Shown: positions 1 through 9,353 of the stretch, piece after piece
Position numbering within the stretch: the first letter of the stretch is position 1
How the letters are laid out: each line of letters begins with the position of its first letter
DNA from: Candidatus Uhrbacteria bacterium
GTDB lineage: Bacteria; Patescibacteriota; Patescibacteriia; JACPHY01
Reading direction: 5' to 3'
Assembly: GCA_016188355.1 (NCBI GenBank)
Contig: JACPHY010000016.1
Coordinates: 66,345 to 130,344, forward strand
DNA length: 64,000 nucleotides
Notes under the pieces: model-generated
What the model was told of the DNA's origin: nothing
Seen by the model: only the letters and a program-made list of their open reading frames with translations
Databases searched by the model: none
Made by a program: the position numbers and the translations under genes

Positions 1-876
1 GAAGAGGTTGCCCGGCAACTCCCCGAGCTCCCGCAGGAACAACTGTTAATTGAACCCGTTGCTCGGGAGACTGCCGCGGCGATCGGGTACGCGGCGACCC
101 GTTTGTTCCACCGCGATCCGGAGGCGACGTTTGTCACCATCAATGCCGATGCGCATGTGGCTGATGTCGCTGCATATGAGCAGGCGATTCGGTCTGCATT
201 TGATTGTGTCGAGCGTGATCGTTTGGATGTAGCGCTGGTGGGGGTAGTGCCGGAGTATCCGGAAACGGGGTATGGGTACATAGAGCTTGCGGCCCCCGGA
301 GCGGAGAGCGGTGTCCCGACGATCGCGAGGCGCTTTGTGGAAAAGCCGGATCAGGCAACCGCAGCGGCGTATGTGGCTTCGGGGCGATATCTTTGGAATC
401 CCGCGCTCTTTACCTTCCACGCTGCTCGATTATTGGAGCGTTTTCGTGAGGTGCTGCCGCTGCACGCGGCAGCACTGCAGCGTATTGCGGATGCCCCCGA
501 AGGTCTGGATGTGCGTGCCGCGTTTGCAGAGATGCCTGCGGTTTCCATTGATTGCGGTATGATGGAGCATCTCGAGCAATTCGTCGTCGTTCCCGCGTCA
601 TTTGGATGGGCAGACATTGGGCACTGGCGCGCGGTGTATGAGACGCTTGCTCCAGGCCCGCGTGCCAACGTGGAGCGAGGCACGCATATTGGCGTGGAGA
701 GCCGCGGTAATCTCGTGGTTGCTCCGGAGGGAAAGATGGTGGTGACGTGCGGCCTCGAAGATTGCGTCGTCATCGATACGCCAGATGCGCTTCTCGTGTG
801 TCGACGCGATCATGCGCAGGAGGTGAAGCAGGCACTGGAGGAAATGCAGCGTCGTGGATTCACGCGGTATTTGTAG
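1..876 (+). CDS. Mannose-1-phosphate guanylyltransferase-like nucleotidyltransferase (5' partial; reading frame is open from base 1)
   Basis: Frame 1 is open from position 1 (EEVARQLPELPQEQLLIEPVARETAAAIGYAA...) and continues into the ORF at 103..876. C-terminal cupin-like region is typical of ManC/GMP family. Stop TAG at 874-876. Confidence 0.7.
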   Translation, partial: EEVARQLPELPQEQLLIEPVARETAAAIGYAATRLFHRDPEATFVTINADAHVADVAAYEQAIRSAFDCVERDRLDVALVGVVPEYPETGYGYIELAAPGAESGVPTIARRFVEKPDQATAAAYVASGRYLWNPALFTFHAARLLERFREVLPLHAAALQRIADAPEGLDVRAAFAEMPAVSIDCGMMEHLEQFVVVPASFGWADIGHWRAVYETLAPGPRANVERGTHIGVESRGNLVVAPEGKMVVTCGLEDCVVIDTPDALLVCRRDHAQEVKQALEEMQRRGFTRYL

Positions 877-878
877 AT

Positions 879-1988
879 ATGTACTTGCACGGACCTATTC
901 GCCATCCGCAGGGGATTTTGGGATATGAGCAGCGTCGGAAGCGGTCGCCGTGGTTGTTCGTGTTCGCCGTGCTCGGCATAGTGGCGTTCGCGGCGTCCGG
1001 TGTGTTTGTGCGGTCCATGTTCCAGGGTCAATATCCGGCAGCGATGACGCGTACGGTGGAGATTCCAGCGGATCGTGATGGCATCATTCGCGCATTACAG
1101 GAAGCGGGCGTGTTGCGATATACGGCCGCATTTCGTGTGGCGCTTGCTGCGCAACGACGAGGCCCGTTTCCTGGTCAATATGAGGTGGATGCGCGTTCTA
1201 CTGCCTGGACGCTTGCGCGCCAGTTCACGAGCGCACCGCCTCGGCGCGAGCGTGAAATTCGGGTCCTGGAGGGATGGAATATCCGTGATGTCGTGGCCTA
1301 TTTCGAGCGTGAGGGTATTGCCCGTGCCGATGCGGTCTTCTCCCTCGTCGGAATGCCGGCACTGGATTATCGCACCGCAGAATCCAATGTGGAACGTCCG
1401 ACGCATTTTTCGGTAGAGGAGTTCCCCTTGCTGAGCGAGAAACCGGTTTTTGTGAGTCTCGAAGGGTATCTTTTCCCCGATACGTATCGCATCTACGCAG
1501 ATGCACCCCTGGAGGAAATCATCCGGAAGATGCTCATGAATACCGAGCGTCGTTTTACACCGGACATGCGTCAGGAAATTGCCCGTTCGGGAAGAACGAC
1601 GCACCAGGTGCTGACCATGGCCTCCATCATCGAGGCCGAGGTGAGTCGATCGGAAGATCGGTCGATCGCCGCTGGCATTCTTTGGAAGCGCCGCGATCGG
1701 GGGATGCGGCTGCAGGTGGATTCGACGGTGAATTACCTGACCGGGAAACATGATCCACGGGTGACGCTGGGGGATACGAAAATAGATTCCGCATACAATA
1801 CGTATCAGTACCCTGGATTGCCGCGAGGACCGATCAGCAATCCGGGCATGGATGCCATTGTGGCGGCGCTGCGTCCGAAAGAGTCACCGTACTGGTTTTT
1901 CTTGACGACCAAAACAGGGGAGACCATCTTTTCGCGCACATGGGAGGAGCACAGCGCGAATGTACGGAAGCACCTAGATTCGAAGTGA
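879..1988 (+). CDS. mltG: Endolytic murein transglycosylase MltG (YceG-like)
   Basis: ATG at 879 immediately after the upstream stop. N-terminal TM helix (WLFVFAVLGIVAFAASGVFV), then a YceG-like domain (…YPGLPRGPISNPG…). Same frame as the 747..1988 ORF. Confidence 0.75.
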   Translation: MYLHGPIRHPQGILGYEQRRKRSPWLFVFAVLGIVAFAASGVFVRSMFQGQYPAAMTRTVEIPADRDGIIRALQEAGVLRYTAAFRVALAAQRRGPFPGQYEVDARSTAWTLARQFTSAPPRREREIRVLEGWNIRDVVAYFEREGIARADAVFSLVGMPALDYRTAESNVERPTHFSVEEFPLLSEKPVFVSLEGYLFPDTYRIYADAPLEEIIRKMLMNTERRFTPDMRQEIARSGRTTHQVLTMASIIEAEVSRSEDRSIAAGILWKRRDRGMRLQVDSTVNYLTGKHDPRVTLGDTKIDSAYNTYQYPGLPRGPISNPGMDAIVAALRPKESPYWFFLTTKTGETIFSRTWEEHSANVRKHLDSK

Positions 1989-2060
1989 TCACGAATAGTG
2001 TTCGATATCAAAAGGATGACCCCACCCATGCATGTGCGGGTGGGGTCAGATAGTGTTCGG

Positions 2061-2678
2061 TTATGGTTCCCGCGCGCAATCGATGTGCGGCTGCTCGAAT
2101 TGTGGTCGATGCGCCTCCCAGACGCGCGCGTGGTCTTCGGCGAAGAGCTCCCAGATCACTTCGTCGTGGTAGCTGCCATCACGGAAGAACTGGAGTCGCC
2201 GCCGTCCCGCCTCATGGTATCCGCATTTCTCGTGGATGCGATTGCTCCCGACGTTCGGGGCAAAGGCGGAAGAGTTGATTTTCCGGAGATTGAGGCCGGT
2301 GAATGCGTACCGGAGTAGCAGCATGACCGCCTCGAATCCGTACCCATTCCGCCAATGTTCCTTGGCTCCGATGACCCAGCCGCTCGTTCCGGTGCGGTCA
2401 AGCCAGTCGATGTCATGGACGCCTACCGTCCCGATGTGCGTATCGTGCTCGCGGAGCACGAGCGCGAACACGTGGTGCGTTGTCGGACGTTCCTTTGCGA
2501 CATCCGCGACCCAGGATGCTTCTGCCGGGTACGGGATGTGCGTGTGTCGCAGGAGCCAGCGCGTGACTTCGGGATCGTTCATCCAGAGATAGCATCGTTC
2601 GGTATCGGTGCGCGGATCGAGTGGTCGGAGGTAGCATCGTGGTCCGGTTCGGAATTGCGGCTGGATGATGTTGGTCAT
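2061..2678 (-). CDS. GNAT family N-acetyltransferase (RimJ/RimL-like)
   Basis: Start chosen at MTNIIQPQF (rc ATG at 2678). Acetyl-CoA binding region …VIGAKEHWRNGYGFEAV… SD-like AGGAAC lies 7 nt upstream on the minus strand. The longer 458-aa ORF upstream is non-homologous GC-frame extension. Confidence 0.65.
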   Translation of the reverse strand: MTNIIQPQFRTGPRCYLRPLDPRTDTERCYLWMNDPEVTRWLLRHTHIPYPAEASWVADVAKERPTTHHVFALVLREHDTHIGTVGVHDIDWLDRTGTSGWVIGAKEHWRNGYGFEAVMLLLRYAFTGLNLRKINSSAFAPNVGSNRIHEKCGYHEAGRRRLQFFRDGSYHDEVIWELFAEDHARVWEAHRPQFEQPHIDCAREP

Positions 2679-2726
2679 GGACGTGTTCCTTTCGTCGCCG
2701 GGAATGGCATGCGAGGCAGAACGTAA

Positions 2727-2759
2727 AACGCCCCGGCGTTCCTGCCTCGCCGGGGCGTT
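2727..2759 (-). terminator. Perfect 12-bp GC-rich hairpin (AACGCCCCGGCG-N9-CGCCGGGGCGTT) with a TTTTACGTT tract on the minus-strand side
   Basis: Inverted repeat seen directly. On the minus strand it is followed by a U-tract. It lies between a small minus ORF (2783..2989) and the GNAT gene, so it may be a terminator or attenuator. Confidence 0.4.
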
Positions 2760-2987
2760 GGGACACGGACGGGACGCACGTTTTAGGAGCGGCCCACCAC
2801 CCGGGAGAAGGAGGAACGGGGAACCAAACCCGCTGCGGAATATGCAGCGAATTCGTTCTTCATGATGGTCAATACGGGTGGGTGGCACATATACAATGCG
2901 TGCAGCGTACCACTGGCTGGCAGGGTCGTCAAGGACACGGCACAATGAAAGTCGTGCGCGGTATGGTCTCCATGAAATGCAACATGC

Positions 2988-5072
2988 ATGTCGATTCACT
3001 ACGCCAGTGAGCTCAATCCAGAGCAATGGGAGGTGGTGCGCCACGGTGATGGGCGGTGTCTCGTATTGGCGGGAGCGGGAAGCGGCAAGACGCGCACGGT
3101 GGTGTACCGGGTGGCCTATTTGCTCGAGCAGGGGGTGCTGCCGCAGGAGATTTTGCTGCTTACCTTCACCAATAAGGCAGCGCGGGAGATGTTGGAGCGA
3201 GTGGAAACACTGCTCGGTCGTCACCCGGCGGGGCTTTGGGGTGGAACGTTCCATCACATTGCCAGCCGGGTGCTTCGTCGCTTTGCCGCGCAAGTGGGAT
3301 ATTCGTCCAATTTTACGATTTTGGATGAGGAAGATACGCACGATCTCCTGCGTGCCTCGGTCAAGGCGCTCGGTATTGATACCACCGCGCGTCGATTTCC
3401 TGCGCCAGCCGTTCTGCGTGCAGTCATGAGTTTTCACAAAAATGCGCAGCGTCCGTTACCTGAGGTCCTTGAGGAGCGAAATGCAAAATTTGCACCACTC
3501 GCTCCCGCGATCGAAAACGTGATGCGGCATTACGACGCGCGAAAGCGTGCATCGAATGCCATGGATTTTGATGATCTCCTCCTGCATTTTTTGCAGGTGC
3601 TGCAAGCACCCGGGATTGCGCATTCATTTGCGCAGCAGTTCCGGTATGTGTTGGTGGACGAGTTCCAGGACACGAATCGTCTTCAGGCGGAAATAGTGTC
3701 TTGCCTTGCAGCGGCGCACCACAATCTCTTGGTGGTGGGTGATGATGCGCAATCGATCTATTCGTTCCGTGCCGCCGAAGTGGCGCACATCCTTCAGTTT
3801 CCGCAGCAGGCGCCGGGGACGCGCATGTTCCGCATTGAGACGAATTACCGTTCTACGCCGGAGATTCTGGATGTCGCGAATGCGGTGATTGCGAATAATG
3901 TGGAGCAATTTCCGAAGACGCTGCGTCCGGTGCGGGCGCGTCGGGTGCGTCCACAGCTCGTGCAGGCAACGAGCATGGAGGAAGAGGCGCGATATATTGC
4001 AAAACGCATCCTGGAGCTCCGCGATCAGGGAGTGCCACTCTCGGAGATTGCGGTGCTTTTCCGGGCGACCCACCTCTCTGAATTCCTCGAATTGGAGCTC
4101 ATGAAGCGCGATATTCCTTATGATTATCGCGGCGGCGTACGTTTCTTCGAGCGTGCCCATGTGAAGGATGTGCTCGCATTCCTGCGCATCCTTTCGAATC
4201 CGGCGGATATTGCCGCCTGGCTGCGGGTGCTGCAGCTCCAGGAGGGTATTGGCGATGCAGGGGCGGGCGATATTGCCGAGCGCATGCGATCCATGGCGAC
4301 GGCACAATCGGGTGCAGCGTGGATCCCGTGGCAGGTATCGGGGACGACACTGGTGTTGCCTCCGCGTCTCGAGCGCGGGTGGGACGCATTCTGCCGGATG
4401 GCGGGGCCGCTCCAGGCGATGGGAGATCCGGCGATATTGATTCGGGCACTGGTGCGCGGCAGTTACCGAGATCATGTGGAGGCAACCTATCCGAATGCGT
4501 CCGAGCGATTCGAAGATATTGAGCAGCTTGCGGTGTTTGCGGAGCAATACACGGATGTGGCTGCGTTCCTTGCGGACATGTCCCTGCAGGAGCGTTTTCG
4601 CGCAGAGCGGGTTGGCCCAAATGCATCAGAGCGCGAACGGGTGGTGCTCTCCACGATCCATCAGGCGAAGGGGCTCGAATGGCACGCGGTATTTGTGATG
4701 GGGCTCAATGCGAATACCTTTCCGAATCGTCGCTCCGTGCTCGAGGAGGGGGGGATCGAGGAAGAGCGGCGACTGTTTTATGTTGCGGTGACGCGCGCGC
4801 GTGACGTGCTCGCGTTGACGTACGCGCTCGCCGGGGGGCGCGATGCTGGATTCTTGGCAGCTCCCTCCATGTTTCTCCAAGAAATCGATGCCGGACTCCT
4901 CGAGCCTATTGCGGTGGGACGTCCGTTGGGGACGACTGCGTGGCATCGGCCGTCGGCGTCGCGTGCGATTACTGATTCGGATGACCCGATCATTGTGTTG
5001 GATGCACAGGGAGAACGCATGCCCGCGCCGCAGCGGCCGAGGAGTTTTTTGCGGGATGTGGATGACCTCTAA
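2988..5072 (+). CDS. uvrD: ATP-dependent DNA helicase UvrD/PcrA family
   Basis: Walker A GAGSGKT. Family motifs FTNKAAREM, DEFQDTN, VGDDAQSIYSFR, VLSTIHQAKGLEWHAVFV, LFYVAVTRAR. Confidence 0.9.
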   Translation: MSIHYASELNPEQWEVVRHGDGRCLVLAGAGSGKTRTVVYRVAYLLEQGVLPQEILLLTFTNKAAREMLERVETLLGRHPAGLWGGTFHHIASRVLRRFAAQVGYSSNFTILDEEDTHDLLRASVKALGIDTTARRFPAPAVLRAVMSFHKNAQRPLPEVLEERNAKFAPLAPAIENVMRHYDARKRASNAMDFDDLLLHFLQVLQAPGIAHSFAQQFRYVLVDEFQDTNRLQAEIVSCLAAAHHNLLVVGDDAQSIYSFRAAEVAHILQFPQQAPGTRMFRIETNYRSTPEILDVANAVIANNVEQFPKTLRPVRARRVRPQLVQATSMEEEARYIAKRILELRDQGVPLSEIAVLFRATHLSEFLELELMKRDIPYDYRGGVRFFERAHVKDVLAFLRILSNPADIAAWLRVLQLQEGIGDAGAGDIAERMRSMATAQSGAAWIPWQVSGTTLVLPPRLERGWDAFCRMAGPLQAMGDPAILIRALVRGSYRDHVEATYPNASERFEDIEQLAVFAEQYTDVAAFLADMSLQERFRAERVGPNASERERVVLSTIHQAKGLEWHAVFVMGLNANTFPNRRSVLEEGGIEEERRLFYVAVTRARDVLALTYALAGGRDAGFLAAPSMFLQEIDAGLLEPIAVGRPLGTTAWHRPSASRAITDSDDPIIVLDAQGERMPAPQRPRSFLRDVDDL

Positions 5073-5078
5073 AAGAAT

Positions 5079-6599
5079 ATGACGACCACGATTCGTTCAG
5101 CGCTGGGCGCATTGGGGGCTGGGGTATTGGTGACGCTGTTCTGGCAGATGTTTGTGCCATCCCTGCTAGGGCATGCAGATATATTTAGCGTAGGATGGTC
5201 GTATTTCCTCCTTGGATGTCTCGGGGTGCTCTTGGGACTCGCCGCGTGGTTGCGGCGATCGATTTGGGGATGGCCGCTGCTGCTGGCAGCGCCCATTGTA
5301 TTGCTGGCGATTGATGTGGCGCTCTATGCGAATCCCATTGGTGATTTTTGGGCGGGCATGGGCGGCATCGGGTTGTTGTTGGTGTTTGGATATTGGCTGC
5401 TCACCGAGCGCGCGTCGTGGACGGAGATGGGTTGGGTGGTGGGAGGTGAGGTGATTGCCGCGGGGCTTCGTACGATCCGCGGAGTCGCTGCGCTTTTTCG
5501 CACACTCGTCCTCCCTGGGGGAGAGCGTCGATGGGCGCGTGAGGTGTTGGTGGGTGTGTTGCTCGCCATCCCATTCCTGCTTCTGTTTACGGCGCTTTTC
5601 GCGAGCGCAGACGCATCCATCGAGCGGGCCATTACTCGATTGATTGACGAGGCAACGCTGGAGACGCTCGGGTTGGTGATTCGACGTACGGTGGTGGCGC
5701 TCCTGGTCGCCGGTTATCTGGGATCGTTGCTCCTCCTTCCGCGTCCGTTTTCGACAGGATCGGGAAGGGTGCGGGAGATTCGTCCGACGGTGGTGACCAC
5801 TTTTTTCCTCCTGCTCGATATATTGTTCGTGGCATTCGTGGTGTTTGAGGTGGTACAGCTCGTACGCATGCGGGGTGCGTTGGAGCAGACGTTCGTGCTT
5901 TCGGCGGTCGCGCGTCGAGCGTTTGTGGAGCTCGTGGTGGCGAGTTTGTTCGCGTATGGATTGGGCGTGCTCTGGTATCGGGTATTCCCCGAAGCGGCGA
6001 ATGATCGTGCGGGACGCCGCGCACGGGGGATGTTGATCGGATTTTTTGGCGCAACGATTGGAGTTGCAGGCATTGCGATGGCGCAGGTGCTGCAGTATAC
6101 GGCGGCGTATGGGCTTACGCGGATGCGCGTGTATGCGTGCAGCATGATTATTGCGATCACGCTCGGCATGGTGGTCATGTTGCGTGCCGCGGCTCGTCGC
6201 GTACCGTTCCTCCGACTTGGTCGGTGGTTGAGCGTGGGAATGATCGCGGCATTTGTGGTGATGATGACATTGCCGGTCGATCGATTGGTTGGCGAATGGA
6301 ACGTGCGTCGACAAGCGAAGCATCCCACGGTCCCGTTAGATGTGGATTATTTCCGACAGGATCTCTCTCTGGATGCAATGCCGGCGCTCGCGCGATACGC
6401 GCGAACCGATGCGGTGGCGCGAGCGTGGATTCTCGGTACGCGCTGTCGTGTCGTCGAGGATTTAGATCCGCAGTATTGGGATAGGCAAGTAGATAACGAG
6501 CAGGTATTGTCCGCAGATTGGCGCGCTTGGAACTACTTCGCATACCGATGGTGTGCGCAGCTGCCGCAATTGAAAGAGGAATTGCGTGCGCTGCCTTGA
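5079..6599 (+). CDS. Polytopic integral membrane protein, function unknown
   Basis: At least 10 hydrophobic helices. Starts 7 nt after the uvrD stop. No recognisable catalytic motif. Confidence 0.6.
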   Translation: MTTTIRSALGALGAGVLVTLFWQMFVPSLLGHADIFSVGWSYFLLGCLGVLLGLAAWLRRSIWGWPLLLAAPIVLLAIDVALYANPIGDFWAGMGGIGLLLVFGYWLLTERASWTEMGWVVGGEVIAAGLRTIRGVAALFRTLVLPGGERRWAREVLVGVLLAIPFLLLFTALFASADASIERAITRLIDEATLETLGLVIRRTVVALLVAGYLGSLLLLPRPFSTGSGRVREIRPTVVTTFFLLLDILFVAFVVFEVVQLVRMRGALEQTFVLSAVARRAFVELVVASLFAYGLGVLWYRVFPEAANDRAGRRARGMLIGFFGATIGVAGIAMAQVLQYTAAYGLTRMRVYACSMIIAITLGMVVMLRAAARRVPFLRLGRWLSVGMIAAFVVMMTLPVDRLVGEWNVRRQAKHPTVPLDVDYFRQDLSLDAMPALARYARTDAVARAWILGTRCRVVEDLDPQYWDRQVDNEQVLSADWRAWNYFAYRWCAQLPQLKEELRALP

Positions 6600-7320
6600 C
6601 GCGGGACGTCTTCGGTGCGATAGTGTGCGCGCGGTGACCGGTGTCACCGCAGGAGGTTTGTGTATCATGTGGGATTCCCAGATGGTTCCCTCGGAATGGT
6701 TCCCATCCGGTACGGCATTTCGATTTCTCCTGACGCGGTCGGTGGCACTGGACGTCGTGGTCCACGCGTTTGGCGATTCGGTTGCGGATTGCATCACGAA
6801 GGGCGCAGTAGCGGTGGTGGTGCGCTGTAATCCAATGATGCGCTCCTGGTCGGTGGAGTGCGATCGTCCGTTGGAGCCGTTTCACATGTTCACGGGATAC
6901 GATCCCGATACTGACTTCACCGAGTTTCTCCTGGTGCGGTCCACGTCGCTCCCGAAGGACTGGTCGCTCTTGCCGCTCCGTGATGGTGCGCCCGCGTTTC
7001 GGACGCGATTCATGCGCTGGGAGCGTTGTGGTGCCCAGCGCCATGTGTTGGATGGTGATTCCGATGATGCAGTACTGACACTCGGCGAACTCGCTGATTT
7101 CGCGGCGGCTCAGCTTGCGTTGTCCTTGGAGCATGGTGCCACAGAGGTGTTGTTCGAGTTGTATCCCGGGGAGGCCACTCTCCAGATAGGGAACAACGCA
7201 CCCTCGGCGCCATCCTCGCATTCGATCCATCGGGCGCGCGCAAACGCGCAGCAGTTCCTGTCGATGGATCTCGAGTCGTTCTACCGATCGCACGGTGCCC
7301 CACCCGCGGGAATTGCCTAA
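6586..7320 (+). CDS. Hypothetical protein (start possibly at M 6667)
   Basis: ORF with protein-like composition. A strong hairpin terminator follows immediately at 7324..7352. No family recognised. Confidence 0.4.
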   Translation: MRCLDAGRLRCDSVRAVTGVTAGGLCIMWDSQMVPSEWFPSGTAFRFLLTRSVALDVVVHAFGDSVADCITKGAVAVVVRCNPMMRSWSVECDRPLEPFHMFTGYDPDTDFTEFLLVRSTSLPKDWSLLPLRDGAPAFRTRFMRWERCGAQRHVLDGDSDDAVLTLGELADFAAAQLALSLEHGATEVLFELYPGEATLQIGNNAPSAPSSHSIHRARANAQQFLSMDLESFYRSHGAPPAGIA

Positions 7321-7323
7321 GCG

Positions 7324-7352
7324 GAAACCGACGCCCACACGGCGTCGGTTTC
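7324..7352. terminator. Hairpin GAAACCGACGCC-cacac-GGCGTCGGTTTC
   Basis: Perfect 12-bp inverted repeat 4 nt after a stop codon, ending in TTTC. It precedes mutY. Confidence 0.55.
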
Positions 7353-7370
7353 TCATGTGTCCCGCGATGC

Positions 7371-8390
7371 GTGTACGATGGGTTCGATATGCCCGAACGG
7401 TCGACGGTCCCTCCCATCGAAAAGTTGCGTGCGATGTCAGCACGGCGCACTGCATTGTTGGCGTGGTATAGGGAATACGGCCGCCATGACCTCCCTTGGC
7501 GGCATACGCGCGATCCGTACGCGATCCTCATCTCGGAGGTGATGCTCCAGCAAACGCAGGTGGATCGGGTGCGATCGTATTGGGATGCTTGGATGCGGCG
7601 ATGGCCTACGGTACAGGCGCTCGCGCGGGCGCGGCGAGGGAGCGTGATTCGTGCGTGGGCGGGACTTGGATATAATCGTCGCGCGGTGTACCTGCATCAG
7701 TGTGCGCAGTATGTCACGACGCATCCGTGGTGGGGGGAATTGTTTTCCTATTCGCACGAATTAGCGAGTAGGAGTGTGGGGAATCGGGGATTCAGTGATG
7801 CGGAGGATGTAGAGATGGGGGCGTTGATTGCGGGTGTGCGCGGAGCGTGCGCAATGTGGCGTGGTGCCGTATTGCAGAAACGAATAACAAAAATTGCACG
7901 GATGTTGGAGGAACTTCCCGGCATTGGTCCGTATACGTCTCATGCGCTCCTCGCCTTTGCGTGGAATCTGCCCGCTCCCTGCGTGGACACGAACATTCGG
8001 CGCGTCCTCGCGCACATCATTTACCATCGGCCCGACATCATGGCCATGTCTGTTCCCGAGGTGATGCGGCTGGCTGCTCGGGTCATTCCTCCCGATTACG
8101 GTCGAGAATGGAATTATGCGCTCATGGATTACGGGGCACTCGTTTTTCAGGCGCGGCATGTACCCAATCGCACGAAGCGCGTGGTGGCCCCATTCAAAAA
8201 TTCCACGCGATACTGGCGGGGACGTATCGTGGCGGTGCTGCGGGAACATCGTCGGCCGCTGCCGCCCGCCGTGGTGCGTCAGCGTCTGCGCGTGCTCGGC
8301 GAGTGCACGGAAGATGTGGATGCGTTGCTGGTGGCATTGGTTCGCGATGGAGTGCTTGCACAGCATGACGCCGGCTTTTCGCTCGCATAG
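7371..8390 (+). CDS. mutY: A/G-specific adenine DNA glycosylase MutY
   Basis: HhH-GPD motifs (LPGIGPYTSHALLAFAW). Fe-S cysteine region. The C-terminal NUDIX-like MutY domain is present. N-terminus WYREYGRHDLPWR is typical. Confidence 0.85.
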   Translation: MYDGFDMPERSTVPPIEKLRAMSARRTALLAWYREYGRHDLPWRHTRDPYAILISEVMLQQTQVDRVRSYWDAWMRRWPTVQALARARRGSVIRAWAGLGYNRRAVYLHQCAQYVTTHPWWGELFSYSHELASRSVGNRGFSDAEDVEMGALIAGVRGACAMWRGAVLQKRITKIARMLEELPGIGPYTSHALLAFAWNLPAPCVDTNIRRVLAHIIYHRPDIMAMSVPEVMRLAARVIPPDYGREWNYALMDYGALVFQARHVPNRTKRVVAPFKNSTRYWRGRIVAVLREHRRPLPPAVVRQRLRVLGECTEDVDALLVALVRDGVLAQHDAGFSLA

Positions 8391-8397
8391 GAAATGA

Positions 8398-8427
8398 AAC
8401 ACCTCCGCCAATCATGGCGGAGGTGTT
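8398..8427. terminator. Bidirectional hairpin AACACCTCCGCC-aatcatg-GCGGAGGTGTT between convergent genes
   Basis: Perfect 12-bp inverted repeat between the mutY stop (8390) and the IMPase stop (8439). Confidence 0.55.
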
Positions 8428-8438
8428 GGCGGTCATGA

Positions 8439-9353
8439 TCAACCGCGAAGCGCGCGCAGCATGCGTTCGTGCGTCTCCTGGTCGCGCGCGACGAGGAGTT
8501 GAGGAATTTTCTGTTCCGGAAAATCGAGGTAGCTCGGGATGGGGCCTCCGGTGAACGTGCTCACGATGCCACCGGCTTGTTCCACGATCCATGCCATCGC
8601 ACCCCAATCAATGAGCGGTGCGTTTGTTTTAGCGACACCCGCGATGTTTCCGGTGAGCATGTCATGCGCGGAGAGCGCCCACTGCGGTGTGGGGTGGCGG
8701 TCGTATTCTTCGATCGTCACCACATCGAATTGGGCGCGGAGTTGCTGTTCGGTGGACGGATCGCAACCCTCCAAGAAGAGGCGATTCGCTTGCGATTGCT
8801 CCGTGGTGAGCGGTGATTCCTCGCCGAGGAGCGATGACTGCAGCATCGTGAATGCGCCTTCTCCGGCGATGGCGTAATACGCGCGTCCGAATGCGGGCAG
8901 GTACACCACCGCGGCGACGATGTCGGGGCCATGCGTCAAGGTGCCGATCACATCGAAGTGGGGGAATCCTTCACGGTAGAATCGGGTCCCATTCACGGGA
9001 TCGAGCCAGAAGACGTGCTCGGCATCCGGTGGGAAGTAGCGCAGGTTGAGGGAATGTTCGGCTTCTTCTGGAGCGAATCGCACCGGAATTCGTTCTCCGA
9101 GCAGCGTGACCTCGAAGAGTGTCTGGATGGAGAGGTCGGCATCGGTGAGTGCGGCAGCGAAGAGATTGCGCACTCCTTCCTTATCGCGTGATCGGATGCG
9201 GGATTGGACGGCGAGCGCATACTCGCCTGCGGCAATGAACGTGGGGAGGAGACTTCGGATGAATCGTCCGTATTCGATGGGCACGGGGCTTCCTTTCTTG
9301 CAAAGGGCGAACAACCTGCACCGATCCTCGCACGGGAAGGAGATCGGCGTCAA
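8439..9353 (-). CDS. Inositol monophosphatase / FBPase / CysQ-family phosphatase (paralogue 1)
   Basis: IMPase signature WLDPVNGT(R/K)xY. C-terminal …WGAMAWIVEQAGG… Its start overlaps the malic enzyme stop by 4 nt (ATGA). Paralogue of 10938..11807; both end in …ALRG. Confidence 0.75.
   Translation of the reverse strand: MTPISFPCEDRCRLFALCKKGSPVPIEYGRFIRSLLPTFIAAGEYALAVQSRIRSRDKEGVRNLFAAALTDADLSIQTLFEVTLLGERIPVRFAPEEAEHSLNLRYFPPDAEHVFWLDPVNGTRFYREGFPHFDVIGTLTHGPDIVAAVVYLPAFGRAYYAIAGEGAFTMLQSSLLGEESPLTTEQSQANRLFLEGCDPSTEQQLRAQFDVVTIEEYDRHPTPQWALSAHDMLTGNIAGVAKTNAPLIDWGAMAWIVEQAGGIVSTFTGGPIPSYLDFPEQKIPQLLVARDQETHERMLRALRG

Noticed and set aside
3624-4547. 307-aa minus-strand ORF (also 4099..4626, 5166..6323, 6175..7455, 15407..16447, 23059..24537, 29759..30862, 31888..32304)
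   Set aside because: All are antisense to strongly supported genes (uvrD, membrane protein, exoWYL/HAD, GT2, TrmB-family, holB) and show the Arg/Pro/His-rich signature of open antisense frames in GC-rich DNA.
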